This document shows, in pieces, positions 1 to 9,574 of a DNA stretch of 26,865 bases. Positions within the stretch are counted from its first letter, which is position 1; every line of letters begins with the position of its first letter. The stretch spans positions 1 through 26,865 of the IMG/VR virus record IMGVR_UViG_3300002101_000022, one strand, 5' to 3'. A model generated the notes under the pieces. The model was not told the DNA's origin. It worked only from the letters and a program-made list of their open reading frames with translations, and made no database searches. Origin of the DNA: a virus. Its lineage: Duplodnaviria; Caudoviricetes. Both the position numbers and the translations under genes were made by a program.

Positions 1-420
1 ATATAAAAATAATAAATTTACCTCTCACTATTAAATTTTCCCTTCGCTAACTCTTCGATAAAACCCACTACTACCAACACTTTCACATAAATATAAAAAC
101 ACTAAAACAAACAATAATAATCTCATAAATAAATTATAATTACTATCCAACTACTAATCATCCATAACTAAACATCCATCAAACTCACTATCCATAATGC
201 TTTCAGCCCTTATCAATTATCATAATCTTCGCTGGTATTAATCTATAATCATAAAATATAACACCATTTACCGAACACATTTTATACTAAAATACAATCA
301 TCCTAAATCTATAATAAACCACCCAAGATCAATAATAAATTATACTAATAACACCATCTAAACCCTTACTACTCCTACATTCCATCCCAATATCAAATCA
401 CTAAATAATCTTCCTTCTAT
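1..420. other. Non-coding, extremely G-poor (strand-skewed) region
   Basis: About 9 G in the first 420 nt by manual count; no ORF in the track; contains three copies of the 6-11-6 palindrome. Confidence 0.8.
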
Positions 421-556
421 TATAAGGGGCATACTTTTACACAATTATCGAATCAATTATCCATACCCTACGACACCCATAAAAATGAGCAGATAAATTT
501 AACTAACTATTATTTCCATCTATAATAAATTTTATACAAATAATATATAATTTAAT

Positions 557-585
557 TTGACTTCAACCTTATAATATGGTATAAT
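557..585 (+). promoter_or_regulatory. SigA-type promoter with extended -10
   Basis: TTGACT (557-562), 17 nt spacer, TATAAT (580-585) preceded by TG. Confidence 0.8.
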
Positions 586-896
586 TCTTTATAGACTTAT
601 TTTATAAATTTAATTGGAGGAATTAATATATGGATTAAAATAAAGAATATAAAACCTGTGGACATTTGGAACAAATGGATGCAGAGACAATAAAATGTGC
701 CAACATTTTTTGGCTATCGTTCCCCTTTACATTTTAAACTTTTTATACAATATATATAATATCTTTTAGAATTCTTTTGTTCACGAGAAGAACCTGTAAA
801 CCCTGTATCCATGCACCTTTCATTTTCATTTGGGAAAGTGAATTTTCCCAACCTCATAAAATAACAATAAATTTAACAGAAAGAAGGGATAACTAC

Positions 897-2114
897 ATGT
901 GTAAAATTAGAGTTATTGACATGATTATGGGTGGAGGTAAAAGTACCTTCTGTCATAATACAATGATGGAGAATAAAGATAAAAAATACATATACATAAC
1001 TCCTTACCTTGATGAAATTAAAAGACTCATTGGTGATAAGGATAATAGAACAGAATTCTATACTGAAAGGAGGTTCAGAGAACCAATACATTTAGGAGAA
1101 GGAAAACTTGAAGGTCTTCATGAACTCCTAATTAGAGAAAATAGTATTGCTACTACTCATGCATTGTTCAGAATGACTACTACAGAAACTATTGACCTTA
1201 TTGCATCAGGTGAATATACACTTATGCTAGATGAATCTTTAGACGTTGTAGATATGTTTGATATCGGATTACAAGATTATGATATGTTGCTGAATAATAA
1301 TCTAATTGAAATTGATGAAAAAGGATTTGTTGAATGGATTGATAATGATTATGATGGCAAATTTAATGAATTTAAAACCCTATGTAAAAATGGTACAGTA
1401 GCTAAAATTAAAACAACTCAGAAAGTACAATTTCTTGCATGGAACTTTAGTGCTGAATCATTTAATGCTTTTAAAGAAGTTTACATATTCACTTATCTAT
1501 TTGAAGGATCTTTTATGAAATGCTATTTTGACATGAACAATATTGAATATGATAAATATACTATTGAGGATAATGAATTGGTATTGTTTGCAGATAAAAA
1601 ACCATATAATAAAAAGAAGATTAAAGATTCAGTACATATTTATGAAGGGAATCTAAATCTAATTGGCAATAAAGATACAGCATTATCTATGAATTGGTTT
1701 AAAAATTACATAGACCTAAGAATTAAATTAAAAGGGAATGTCTTGAATTATTTCAAGCATATAGTTAAGGCAAAAGCAGAAACAATTATATGGACTACAT
1801 TTAAAAGTAGTAAAAAGAATCTCCAAGGTGCAGGATATAGCAGACGTTGGATTTCATGTAATACTAGGGCTACTAATAAATATAAGGACTGCTACAATTT
1901 AGCTTATTGCTGTAATAGATTTATGAGTCCAGATTATGTCCTATATTTTCAAAAACATGGTGTAAATGTAGATGAAGAATTGTATGCTCTATCTGAGCTG
2001 TTGCAATGGGTATGGCGTAGTAGGATCAGAGAAGGTAAAGAAATCAATATTTATATTCCATCGCAGAGAATGAGAAATATATTAATTGATTGGTTGGACA
2101 ATGAGAATATATAG
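897..2114 (+). CDS. yonV: YonV-like SF2 helicase-fold protein (405 aa)
   Basis: Walker A-like DMIMGGGKS, Walker B LMLDES, C-terminal LLQWVWRSRIR; RBS AGAAGGGA favours ATG 897 over 777; upstream of YonO as in SPbeta. Confidence 0.65.
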   Translation: MCKIRVIDMIMGGGKSTFCHNTMMENKDKKYIYITPYLDEIKRLIGDKDNRTEFYTERRFREPIHLGEGKLEGLHELLIRENSIATTHALFRMTTTETIDLIASGEYTLMLDESLDVVDMFDIGLQDYDMLLNNNLIEIDEKGFVEWIDNDYDGKFNEFKTLCKNGTVAKIKTTQKVQFLAWNFSAESFNAFKEVYIFTYLFEGSFMKCYFDMNNIEYDKYTIEDNELVLFADKKPYNKKKIKDSVHIYEGNLNLIGNKDTALSMNWFKNYIDLRIKLKGNVLNYFKHIVKAKAETIIWTTFKSSKKNLQGAGYSRRWISCNTRATNKYKDCYNLAYCCNRFMSPDYVLYFQKHGVNVDEELYALSELLQWVWRSRIREGKEINIYIPSQRMRNILIDWLDNENI

Positions 2115-2149
2115 TATAACCAATATACAACTATAATATAATATTTATC

Positions 2150-2178
2150 TTGTGTTTATTTAGTTTCTATGGTATAAT
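2150..2178 (+). promoter_or_regulatory. SigA-type promoter with extended -10
   Basis: TTGTGT, 17 nt, TATAAT with TG; shares ATGGTATAATTCTT with the promoter at 557-585. Confidence 0.65.
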
Positions 2179-2425
2179 TCTTGTATAAGGTGGTAGAGGG
2201 ACGTACATAAACATCTAAACATTAACCTCCCTCCAACACTATACCCCATATAGAAAGGATGTGATTATTAATTGGCAACATACTTGTGAATATCAATTCT
2301 AAGCTCAGATTCCATTAGTACAATAGGTGAATTTACATATAACTATAAGGTGTGGCACAATCTACTATCCGAATATAATATTGTTTAATACATATAGTAA
2401 AATAAATAAATTGAGGTGAAAGAAA

Positions 2426-2821
2426 ACGAACAGATTTATTGGAAAATATACAGTTTTTAGTTGTTTAAATACTGATGGCACTATCAGTAAAAATCTTAAT
2501 GATACTTTTCTCAAGGGCAGACAGAACAGTGAAATATATTTTCATAATGATACCACTGTTGCAATATATCTTCCTAACGCTGCAACTGTAAAATCTCTTA
2601 TGCAGAAGTTTGAAGAATCTGGTATTAAAGTTACTGAATACATAATGTGCGATGAAGCAGTATTGCATTTTGATCTCGTTGATATTGACAGGGTACATAA
2701 GATCCTTCATTTTCAAATCAAAGGTAAAAACGAACAAGCTAAAATTCTCAAGGATAAAATCAAAGCTGATAAATTAAAACTCAAACTTAAAGAAGAAAAA
2801 GCTAAAAACAAGAGTAAATAA
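2426..2821 (+). CDS. Hypothetical protein, about 131 aa, apparent ACG start, Lys-rich tail
   Basis: Frame of ORF 2600..2821 is open back to 2420; RBS GAGGTGA (2413-2419) lies 6 nt before ACG 2426. Confidence 0.6.
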   Translation, partial: TNRFIGKYTVFSCLNTDGTISKNLNDTFLKGRQNSEIYFHNDTTVAIYLPNAATVKSLMQKFEESGIKVTEYIMCDEAVLHFDLVDIDRVHKILHFQIKGKNEQAKILKDKIKADKLKLKLKEEKAKNKSK

Positions 2822-3110
2822 TATAATACATATAGGACGCTATTTCACTAAAACGACTCTCAAATCCATTAGAATTAACTCAAGGTAAGATTATGAGGGG
2901 TACATATTTTGCGATGATTCTAGACACGTTTTGATAGCACAAAAGCACACACATATAATCGCTGTATCCCTTGTGGCAGTAGGGTTTTAGGGTTGTTTAG
3001 TAAAATTATAGAAATGCACATGATTTCCTTACATCGACCCCACTATATTAGGTGGTTTTAGAAATCCATAGTAAGAATAATAAATAATATAAATAGAAAG
3101 AGGTTATAAA

Positions 3111-3488
3111 ATGTCAGAATTAAAATGCTTCATGGGTACATTAACATTATCAGATAAAGAACAGGATATGCCTAGAATGAATTATGGCGTGGTCGATCTA
3201 GTCACTAGTGAATTTCACTCAATCACAGATGAGTTAGAAAGGATTTATAATTCAAGTTTAAACTTAGTGAGAGTAATCGTGCGTGTTTTTAACAGCAATC
3301 ACTCAATCAACCGAATGGGTTCATTACATATGGGATTAGATAAAGATGGAATCCTTGGTTGGTTCATTGGGTCTTATCCACTTGATAAAGAATTGGATGA
3401 ATTAAATAGGGACGGTAATGTGGACATTGAGATATACATTGAAGATTTTACTACTATGAATGATGAGGTGCAGGTACATGTTTCATAA
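3111..3488 (+). CDS. Hypothetical phage protein
   Basis: 125 aa ORF, RBS AAAGAGG. Confidence 0.8.
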   Translation: MSELKCFMGTLTLSDKEQDMPRMNYGVVDLVTSEFHSITDELERIYNSSLNLVRVIVRVFNSNHSINRMGSLHMGLDKDGILGWFIGSYPLDKELDELNRDGNVDIEIYIEDFTTMNDEVQVHVS

Positions 3489-3642
3489 TAATAACGATTA
3501 CATAAGTGAGAACTGTCATATTTGCAATACCATATTATTACACACAAAAGACATTAGAGTCGATATTAAAACAGATGCATACTTGTGTGTAGACTGTGCT
3601 GAATATAATAATATAGAAACATCTGAATGTGCTGAATATTAA
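3478..3642 (+). CDS. Small Zn-finger protein (54 aa)
   Basis: CHIC...CVDC; RBS GAGGTG before ATG 3478, overlapping the upstream stop. Confidence 0.7.
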   Translation: MFHNNNDYISENCHICNTILLHTKDIRVDIKTDAYLCVDCAEYNNIETSECAEY

Positions 3643-3665
3643 AATTAGAAAGAAGGAATTTAATT

Positions 3666-4100
3666 ATGGATAAGAATTTTATTGTTACAGAATTGGATTT
3701 AGATGAAATGGAGGTCGATTTGACTGAAAGAATAGAAGCGTTCATTGAAGAAAAACTAGGAATGATTGCTTCCAGACAAACAGAAGTTACAGTTGAATAT
3801 CAAGAATATATGGATGAAGGAATGAAATGTTTTAAAGATCAATTGAGAAGTGAATTATGGGTAGATGTTAAATTTAATCAATATAAATACGAGAATATTA
3901 AACATGGAGAACAAATAGAAAGTATTGGTGCAGTTTTTGAATATAAGGGGCAAAAGCCATTTTATATTGATGGCAAATTTGTTTCTAGGAATGTATTTGA
4001 ATGGATACAAGGAATGGTTAGTCAAAAAAGTGACGTAATTTATGGAGTTAAGAAAGATAAATTGTATGATATGATTCAAGATTTAATAATGGATTGTTAG
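3666..4100 (+). CDS. Hypothetical acidic protein
   Basis: 144 aa ORF, RBS AGAAGGA. Confidence 0.8.
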   Translation: MDKNFIVTELDLDEMEVDLTERIEAFIEEKLGMIASRQTEVTVEYQEYMDEGMKCFKDQLRSELWVDVKFNQYKYENIKHGEQIESIGAVFEYKGQKPFYIDGKFVSRNVFEWIQGMVSQKSDVIYGVKKDKLYDMIQDLIMDC

Positions 4101-4136
4101 GGGTGCGGAGAGTATTTCTCTCCTACCCTATTATTT
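4098..4136 (+). terminator. Stem-loop immediately upstream of yonO, possible terminator or attenuator
   Basis: TAGGGGTGCGGAGAG-TATTT-CTCTCCTACCCTA followed by TTATTT. Confidence 0.55.
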
Positions 4137-4155
4137 AAAAATAACATAAAGGAGT

Positions 4156-6780
4156 TTGATTACTATAAATTTAAACAAGCAAATTCATATTTTTTCGGTA
4201 GACACTTCAAGTTTCTATAATAAAGAAGAATCAAGGATACATAAATACTTAGGAAAACTATATAGATACAAGCAAAACCTACATAAAAAAAGGGATAAAT
4301 TAAAGGGAAAAGATGATATTTTAGGTGAATATTACACAAAACACATCAGTAATGCTAATAAAATGCTTAAAAAATTAAAAGACAAATTATACATAGAATT
4401 CAATAAAAATACAGACATAAGGAATTTGCATCCTGAGTCATTAAATAAACGCAACATAATTTCAGTCTTTGATTCTGTACTAACTAGGACAATGCAAATT
4501 CCAGAGGATACATTAACTACGGATATTTTAATTGTACAAACATTTTTCTTTGATGTGATTGAAGACATTATTATAGATGGGTTTATGTATGGAGAAGATA
4601 AATATGTTTGTCTAACAGCTAGTGCTGGGCAGATCAGAACAAAGAAAACTGTGTTTATTAAAGAAAGTATTCTACTAAAATATCAAAATACATTAATGTG
4701 CGGTTTGACCATAAAGGAGATTAATAAATTAGGTGGGGTCAACGTCAACAAGTACTTAGCTTATCTGGCACTCTGCAATTCAGCAACATCTATATGGGAA
4801 GGATTTGATATTAAGAAATCAATTGTAGTTGAGGATTTTGAAACTATGGTTAGAGGTACTGTTGACTTTATAGATGATGAAACATATGAAATTATTAGAA
4901 AGGAAATGGATATTCCAATTAGTCATACTGATGGATGTGGGATTTATTTACCAAAAGTAAGTAAGAAAAGTATGATGGTTAGATTGCCTTGGGTAAAGGG
5001 GTTATTAACACCATTTGCTTTTGACAAGTTTATCAGAGAAGCAAATAAGAATAGTGAAGGAAATAAATATGGTGTAGTCACAGATATATATGGTAAATCT
5101 CATGACATTTTAAAAGAAGGAATCGAGATAATCTTTACTAAAAGTCAATTCAAGATGTATAAGTATTTTGAAGACTGGGAGCAATATATAAGTAATTATA
5201 TAAAGTATAATTGTCATGCTGGAATGTGTAATGAAGAAGAAGATATATTTAAAAATGCTAAGATAAACTATCAGATGCTTCAGACATTGACAGATATGAA
5301 AGATGAAGAATTAGAAATTATTTGTTCACAAACTAAAAGCAATATTATCAATATTGGCAGAGATAGAAAAACAATGCTTAAAGTATTAGGTGTCACTGAA
5401 TCAAATATTAATAAAAACTACATACAACAAGCATTAGAGATTTATCCTGAATTATTAAATGATACATATAGTAGAGAAATATTGAAACAAGTTAAAAAGA
5501 GTATGGTTAAAAATGCTAGGGCCGGGAAACTTGGCATCAATGGGAAATATACATTTATCATCCCAGACTTGTACGCATTTTGTGAATATTTAATACTAGG
5601 AGACTTAAATCCAAAGGGACTAATTAAAGATGGAGATGTATATTGTAGTCTATATAAAAATGAACCTAAATTAGATTGTTTACGCTCTCCCCATCTTTTT
5701 TTGGAACACGCTGTCCGAAATAATGTAATTGATAGTGAAAAAGGTAAGTGGTTTACTACTAAAGGTTTATACGCCTCCTGTCATGATCTAATCTCAAAGG
5801 TTCTTCAGTATGATGTAGATGGGGATAAGAGTTTGATTGTGGCAGACCATACAGAAATTCTTGTTGCAGAACGCAATATGGAAGGTATTGTGCCACTATA
5901 CTATAATATGAGAAAAGCAGATGCAGAATTAATCACCAATCATAGTATTTATAATGGATTAAAAACAGCATATACAGGAGGGAACATTGGGACAGTTAGT
6001 AATAACATCACAAAGATATGGAATAGTGGAAATGTGAATCTTGATGTAGTTAAACTTTTATGCATGGAAAATAATTTTACTATTGATTTTGCTAAAACGC
6101 TATATAAACCAGAAAGACCAAAAGCTCAAAAAACATTAATCAATAGTTACACCAAGTCAAAGACTCCCCACTTCTTTGTATATGCCAAGGATAAAGAAAA
6201 AGACAAATGTGAAAAAGCTAACAATAGTGTCGTTAACAAACTTGAAAAGATGATCCCTAATCCTAATATTAATTTCAATGCATTAAATTTAGGTAAATTC
6301 AATTACAAAATGCTTATGAATAAGAAAAAAGTTGAACTAGATGATATAATCATAAAAAAATACACAGAACTTGATTTGAAGAATCACTTTATGATTAGTA
6401 AAATATCAGATGATGAGATTGGCAATAGGGTTTATTTGTATAAAGATATTAGAAGTCAGATACTAGAAATTAATGGAGATATAAATTATGTTGTGGATGT
6501 TTTAATTGAATATCTGTACGCACATAAAAAGTCTAACTTTAAAACTACATTTTGGGAGTGCTTTGGAGATATAGTTGTTGAAAATCTAAAGAGTAATATT
6601 AAAATGAGTTTAGATGATGGAAATATGCTTTGTGAAAGTTGTGGAACTAGAATTGAACAAACCAATAACAATATAAAGTACTGTTTATCTTGTGCAAAGT
6701 CCATTAAATTGGAAAAAGATAGACAAATTCAACGGATTAGATATAATATTTCTCGTAAACAGAAAAATGCTACAACGTAG
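4156..6780 (+). CDS. yonO: YonO-type single-subunit (double-psi-barrel) DNA-dependent RNA polymerase with C-terminal Zn finger
   Basis: 874 aa; catalytic QYDVDGDKS (DxDGD, about 5812-5826), HTDGCG, SAGQIR and LRSPH motifs; RBS AAGGAG + TTG; C-terminal CESC..CLSC; SPbeta-like synteny. Confidence 0.9.
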   Translation: MITINLNKQIHIFSVDTSSFYNKEESRIHKYLGKLYRYKQNLHKKRDKLKGKDDILGEYYTKHISNANKMLKKLKDKLYIEFNKNTDIRNLHPESLNKRNIISVFDSVLTRTMQIPEDTLTTDILIVQTFFFDVIEDIIIDGFMYGEDKYVCLTASAGQIRTKKTVFIKESILLKYQNTLMCGLTIKEINKLGGVNVNKYLAYLALCNSATSIWEGFDIKKSIVVEDFETMVRGTVDFIDDETYEIIRKEMDIPISHTDGCGIYLPKVSKKSMMVRLPWVKGLLTPFAFDKFIREANKNSEGNKYGVVTDIYGKSHDILKEGIEIIFTKSQFKMYKYFEDWEQYISNYIKYNCHAGMCNEEEDIFKNAKINYQMLQTLTDMKDEELEIICSQTKSNIINIGRDRKTMLKVLGVTESNINKNYIQQALEIYPELLNDTYSREILKQVKKSMVKNARAGKLGINGKYTFIIPDLYAFCEYLILGDLNPKGLIKDGDVYCSLYKNEPKLDCLRSPHLFLEHAVRNNVIDSEKGKWFTTKGLYASCHDLISKVLQYDVDGDKSLIVADHTEILVAERNMEGIVPLYYNMRKADAELITNHSIYNGLKTAYTGGNIGTVSNNITKIWNSGNVNLDVVKLLCMENNFTIDFAKTLYKPERPKAQKTLINSYTKSKTPHFFVYAKDKEKDKCEKANNSVVNKLEKMIPNPNINFNALNLGKFNYKMLMNKKKVELDDIIIKKYTELDLKNHFMISKISDDEIGNRVYLYKDIRSQILEINGDINYVVDVLIEYLYAHKKSNFKTTFWECFGDIVVENLKSNIKMSLDDGNMLCESCGTRIEQTNNNIKYCLSCAKSIKLEKDRQIQRIRYNISRKQKNATT

Positions 6781-6858
6781 TCATACCAACGGTTGTGGGT
6801 ATCTGATTTTTATTAATAATTTAATAATATTGCTACAACCGTTGGTACACTAGATGTA
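6773..6858. repeat. Pair of 6-11-6 imperfect palindromes that also form an inverted repeat
   Basis: TACCAACGGTTGT (6784-6796) and ACAACCGTTGGTA (6835-6847). Confidence 0.75.
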
Positions 6859-6983
6859 CAGTGGTTATCCATAAATACCCTATAAGGGGAAACATGGTCT
6901 AATATACAAAGTTTAAGAGGTATGCAACCCTTTTTAAGAAGGGTGTAATTAAAAAGAATTATGCCCTTAATTTATTCTAAGAT

Positions 6984-7009
6984 TAAATTGTGTGGTCGAT
7001 CACAATTTA
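6984..7009 (+). promoter_or_regulatory. Hairpin with TGGTCGAT loop (1 of 4)
   Basis: TAAATTGTG-TGGTCGAT-CACAATTTA. Confidence 0.7.
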
Positions 7010-7060
7010 TATTTTTCATATTAATCATAAATAATAAACTCCAAAGGAGATTACATAAAC

Positions 7061-7300
7061 TTGCAAAAGATATCAAAAATTCAGATGGATACTCTCATCT
7101 CAAAAGGAATTCTCAAACTCTCAAAACAGGGTAATTTCGGAGACCAACTGGTAGTAGTCAATAAACAAGGTTCTGGAAAAGAAAAAACAAGGTTTATTAA
7201 TGACAATATTTATAATCAACTACTAAGGATGGAATCTCAATCAAAGGTTAATCCAGAAACAGTAAAACACAATCAAACATATCTGCTTAGTGCCTTGTAA
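7061..7300 (+). CDS. Small hypothetical protein, homolog of 22183..22416
   Basis: RBS AAAGGAG + TTG; shares KQGNFGDQLVVVNKQGSGKEKTRF with the second copy. Confidence 0.85.
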   Translation: MQKISKIQMDTLISKGILKLSKQGNFGDQLVVVNKQGSGKEKTRFINDNIYNQLLRMESQSKVNPETVKHNQTYLLSAL

Positions 7301-7337
7301 AATGTAGACAAAATAAAGAGTAGAGGAATGATACATA

Positions 7338-8558
7338 TTGCCAAATAAGGTATATGTAGACACAAATATCTTATTAAATCAAAACTTTAAGTTTGAAGAT
7401 TATGAAGAAGTTGCGATTAGTATTGTAAGTTTAGAAGAAATTGACGGACTTAAAAAGAGTCCAGATGTAGGATATAAAGCAAGATCAGCTACTAAAAGAA
7501 TTAAGAGTGCTACTAATGTAGATATCAAAATTGACTATGATTTCTCTTTTGAGAATAGATTCCTTGAGCATAAGGCAGATAATTTTATTTTAGGATTTGG
7601 ATGGCAGGTTTATAAAGAAGATAGCGAGTTTATATTCCTAACAGATGATTATAATTTATATATTAAAGCATATGCCATTGGACTTCCTTGTGATTTGTTC
7701 CAATACAAAGATACCGAGGACGATAACTATAAGGGATATCGAGAAGTTACATTTACTGATTCGGAATTAGCATCGTTTTATGAGAATAAAAAACTTAATG
7801 ATATAGGATTATTGACAAACGAATATGTTTTCATTAAAAATAAAGATGGAGAAATTGTTGATAAACAAAGATGGAACGGGAATGAATTCTTCAAGGTAAT
7901 TTTTGAAAGTAAGAAAGGTAAACTTGATTTTACTTATACAGATAAAATTAAGCCAAGGAATGATCAACAAGAATTAGCTTTTGACTTGTTTCAAAACAGA
8001 TTAATAACCATAAAGGCTGTTTTCGGTAAGGCGGGGTCAGGAAAAGATTTAATTATGGCTACCCATGCACTTTCTATGATAAAACAAGGCGTATTTGATA
8101 AGTTAGTATTTGTGAGAAACAACATTGAGGTTTTAGGAAGCAAGCCATTAGGATTCCTACCCGGAAGTTCTGATGATAAATTAATTTCATATGCTATGCC
8201 TTTAGCAGACCATGTTGGAGGAGTAGAAGGATTAACTAAGTTAATTGATGATGGAATAATTGTATTGCAACATCTAGGATTTATGCGCGGACGCGATATA
8301 AAACGCTCAATTATTTACTGTACAGAAGCAGAAAATATGAGCAAAGAACATATTCAATTACTTATTGGACGTTTAGCAGAGGGTAGTGTTTTGTGGTTAA
8401 ATGGAGACTTTAAGCAAATTGATGATAAGTTATTTGAAAGAAACAATGGACTAAAGCAAGTTATAAATAAGCTAAAGGGGCAAGAATTATTTGGCTGCGT
8501 AGAGTTAAACGTCACAGAGCGAAGTAAGTCTGCTGAATTAGCTGATCTATTAGATTAA
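7338..8558 (+). CDS. phoH: PIN-PhoH (PhoH2/YlaK-like) RNase-ATPase
   Basis: PIN motifs VDTN, EEIDGLK, DNFIL, TDDYNL; Walker A GKAGSGK, GFLPG, RGR, GDFKQID. Confidence 0.88.
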   Translation: MPNKVYVDTNILLNQNFKFEDYEEVAISIVSLEEIDGLKKSPDVGYKARSATKRIKSATNVDIKIDYDFSFENRFLEHKADNFILGFGWQVYKEDSEFIFLTDDYNLYIKAYAIGLPCDLFQYKDTEDDNYKGYREVTFTDSELASFYENKKLNDIGLLTNEYVFIKNKDGEIVDKQRWNGNEFFKVIFESKKGKLDFTYTDKIKPRNDQQELAFDLFQNRLITIKAVFGKAGSGKDLIMATHALSMIKQGVFDKLVFVRNNIEVLGSKPLGFLPGSSDDKLISYAMPLADHVGGVEGLTKLIDDGIIVLQHLGFMRGRDIKRSIIYCTEAENMSKEHIQLLIGRLAEGSVLWLNGDFKQIDDKLFERNNGLKQVINKLKGQELFGCVELNVTERSKSAELADLLD

Positions 8559-8593
8559 TAAAATAAACAGAATAAAAGGAGTTAATATATACC

Positions 8594-8872
8594 ATGAATA
8601 AGCAAGAATTAGTAGCATCAGTTGCTATTAAAGCAGATATGACCAAAAAGGATTCAGAAAAAGCAGTTGTAGCAGTTTTTGACGTTATCACAGAGGCATT
8701 AGCAAATGGCGAGAAAGTTTCTCTAGTCAATTTTGGTACATTTGAGACTCGTGATCGAGAAGCTAGGATTGGTCGCAATCCCTCCACACAAGAACCTATT
8801 TCCATTCCAGCAAAGCGTGTTCCTGCTTTTAAATCAGGCAAAGGACTTAAAGCAATCGTCAAGGGACTGTAA
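8594..8872 (+). CDS. hup: HU family DNA-binding protein (YonN-like)
   Basis: MNKQEL...FGTF...GRNPST...IPAKRVPAFKSGK. Confidence 0.95.
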   Translation: MNKQELVASVAIKADMTKKDSEKAVVAVFDVITEALANGEKVSLVNFGTFETRDREARIGRNPSTQEPISIPAKRVPAFKSGKGLKAIVKGL

Positions 8873-8904
8873 AACAAAATAAATAATAAGGTGGAATATA
8901 ATTA

Positions 8905-9105
8905 ATGTCAGTAAAAACAGAGAAGTTAGAAAGTGTTAAATTCAGTGCTAAAGGTATTCTAAAATCAGTTGATGAATTAGGATTTCATATTGAAGATGAA
9001 AAATCTGGAGATATTGAAGTTCTAACATTAGAAGATATTCAAACTCTTGTTGGCAAATCAGTTACTATTGCTTTTGCAAATAAGGAAGAGATTGAACCAG
9101 AATAG
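8905..9105 (+). CDS. YonK-like small acidic protein
   Basis: 66 aa, RBS AAGGTGG; size and position between HU and YonJ as in SPbeta. Confidence 0.55.
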   Translation: MSVKTEKLESVKFSAKGILKSVDELGFHIEDEKSGDIEVLTLEDIQTLVGKSVTIAFANKEEIEPE

Positions 9106-9322
9106 ATAATTTCATGAGGAGATAAATCTTTTATTAACTTATCCTCTCTCCTCTTCTATATAAACAGATGGGAAACATAGCAATGACAACATTGGACACT
9201 CATCTAGGTGTTTAAGATGTGGGCTGTGTGTGCTGATATTTGGTATTGGGTTAGGTCAGCTTATTACTATAAAAATACTAAACTAAATAGGTTTTGCAGT
9301 GATATCTTATATAAAAACTGCG

Positions 9323-9409
9323 TTAGAAAAACTTTGTAGGATGAGTTTTGTATATACCGCGATGAATGAATAAAATCATTTAATGGCGTTCTAGTTTTAA
9401 ATTCCTACT
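9323..9409 (+). ncRNA. Candidate 87-nt structured RNA upstream of the tRNA pair (copy 1)
   Basis: 81/87 identical to 24284..24370 with unrelated flanks; compensatory A-U to G-C pair. Confidence 0.6.
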
Positions 9410-9421
9410 CTCTCCTATTAT

Positions 9422-9497
9422 TCCGTGATAGCTCAATTGGTGGAGCAATCGGCTGTTAACCGATAGGTTGTAGATTCGAATTCTACTCGCGGAGCCA
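9422..9497 (+). tRNA. tRNA-Asn(GTT), CCA encoded
   Basis: Acceptor TCCGTGA/TCGCGGA, anticodon arm ATCGG-CTGTTAA-CCGAT, TTCGAA T loop. Confidence 0.95.
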
Positions 9498-9498
9498 T

Positions 9499-9574
9499 GC
9501 CGAAGTAGCTCAGTTGGTAGAGCAGATGATTTGTAATCATCAGGTCGCAGGTTCGACTCCTGTCTTCGGCTCCA
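9499..9574 (+). tRNA. tRNA-Thr(TGT), CCA encoded
   Basis: Acceptor GCCGAAG/CTTCGGC, anticodon arm GATGA-TTTGTAA-TCATC, GGTTCGACTCC. Confidence 0.96.

Noticed and set aside
61-382. Spaced repeats as a CRISPR array
   Set aside because: Degenerate, irregular spacing (120 and 179 nt), no cas genes
3190-3719. TGGTCGAT near 3190 and GGTCGAT near 3713
   Set aside because: Inside coding sequence with no flanking stem
4156-6780. RNA-dependent RNA polymerase / RNAi-like system
   Set aside because: The motifs are shared with cellular RdRPs, but SPbeta-like context points to YonO, which is DNA-dependent
9168-9339. Small ORFs between the YonK-like gene and the tRNAs
   Set aside because: No convincing RBS/start combination, and absent from copy 2
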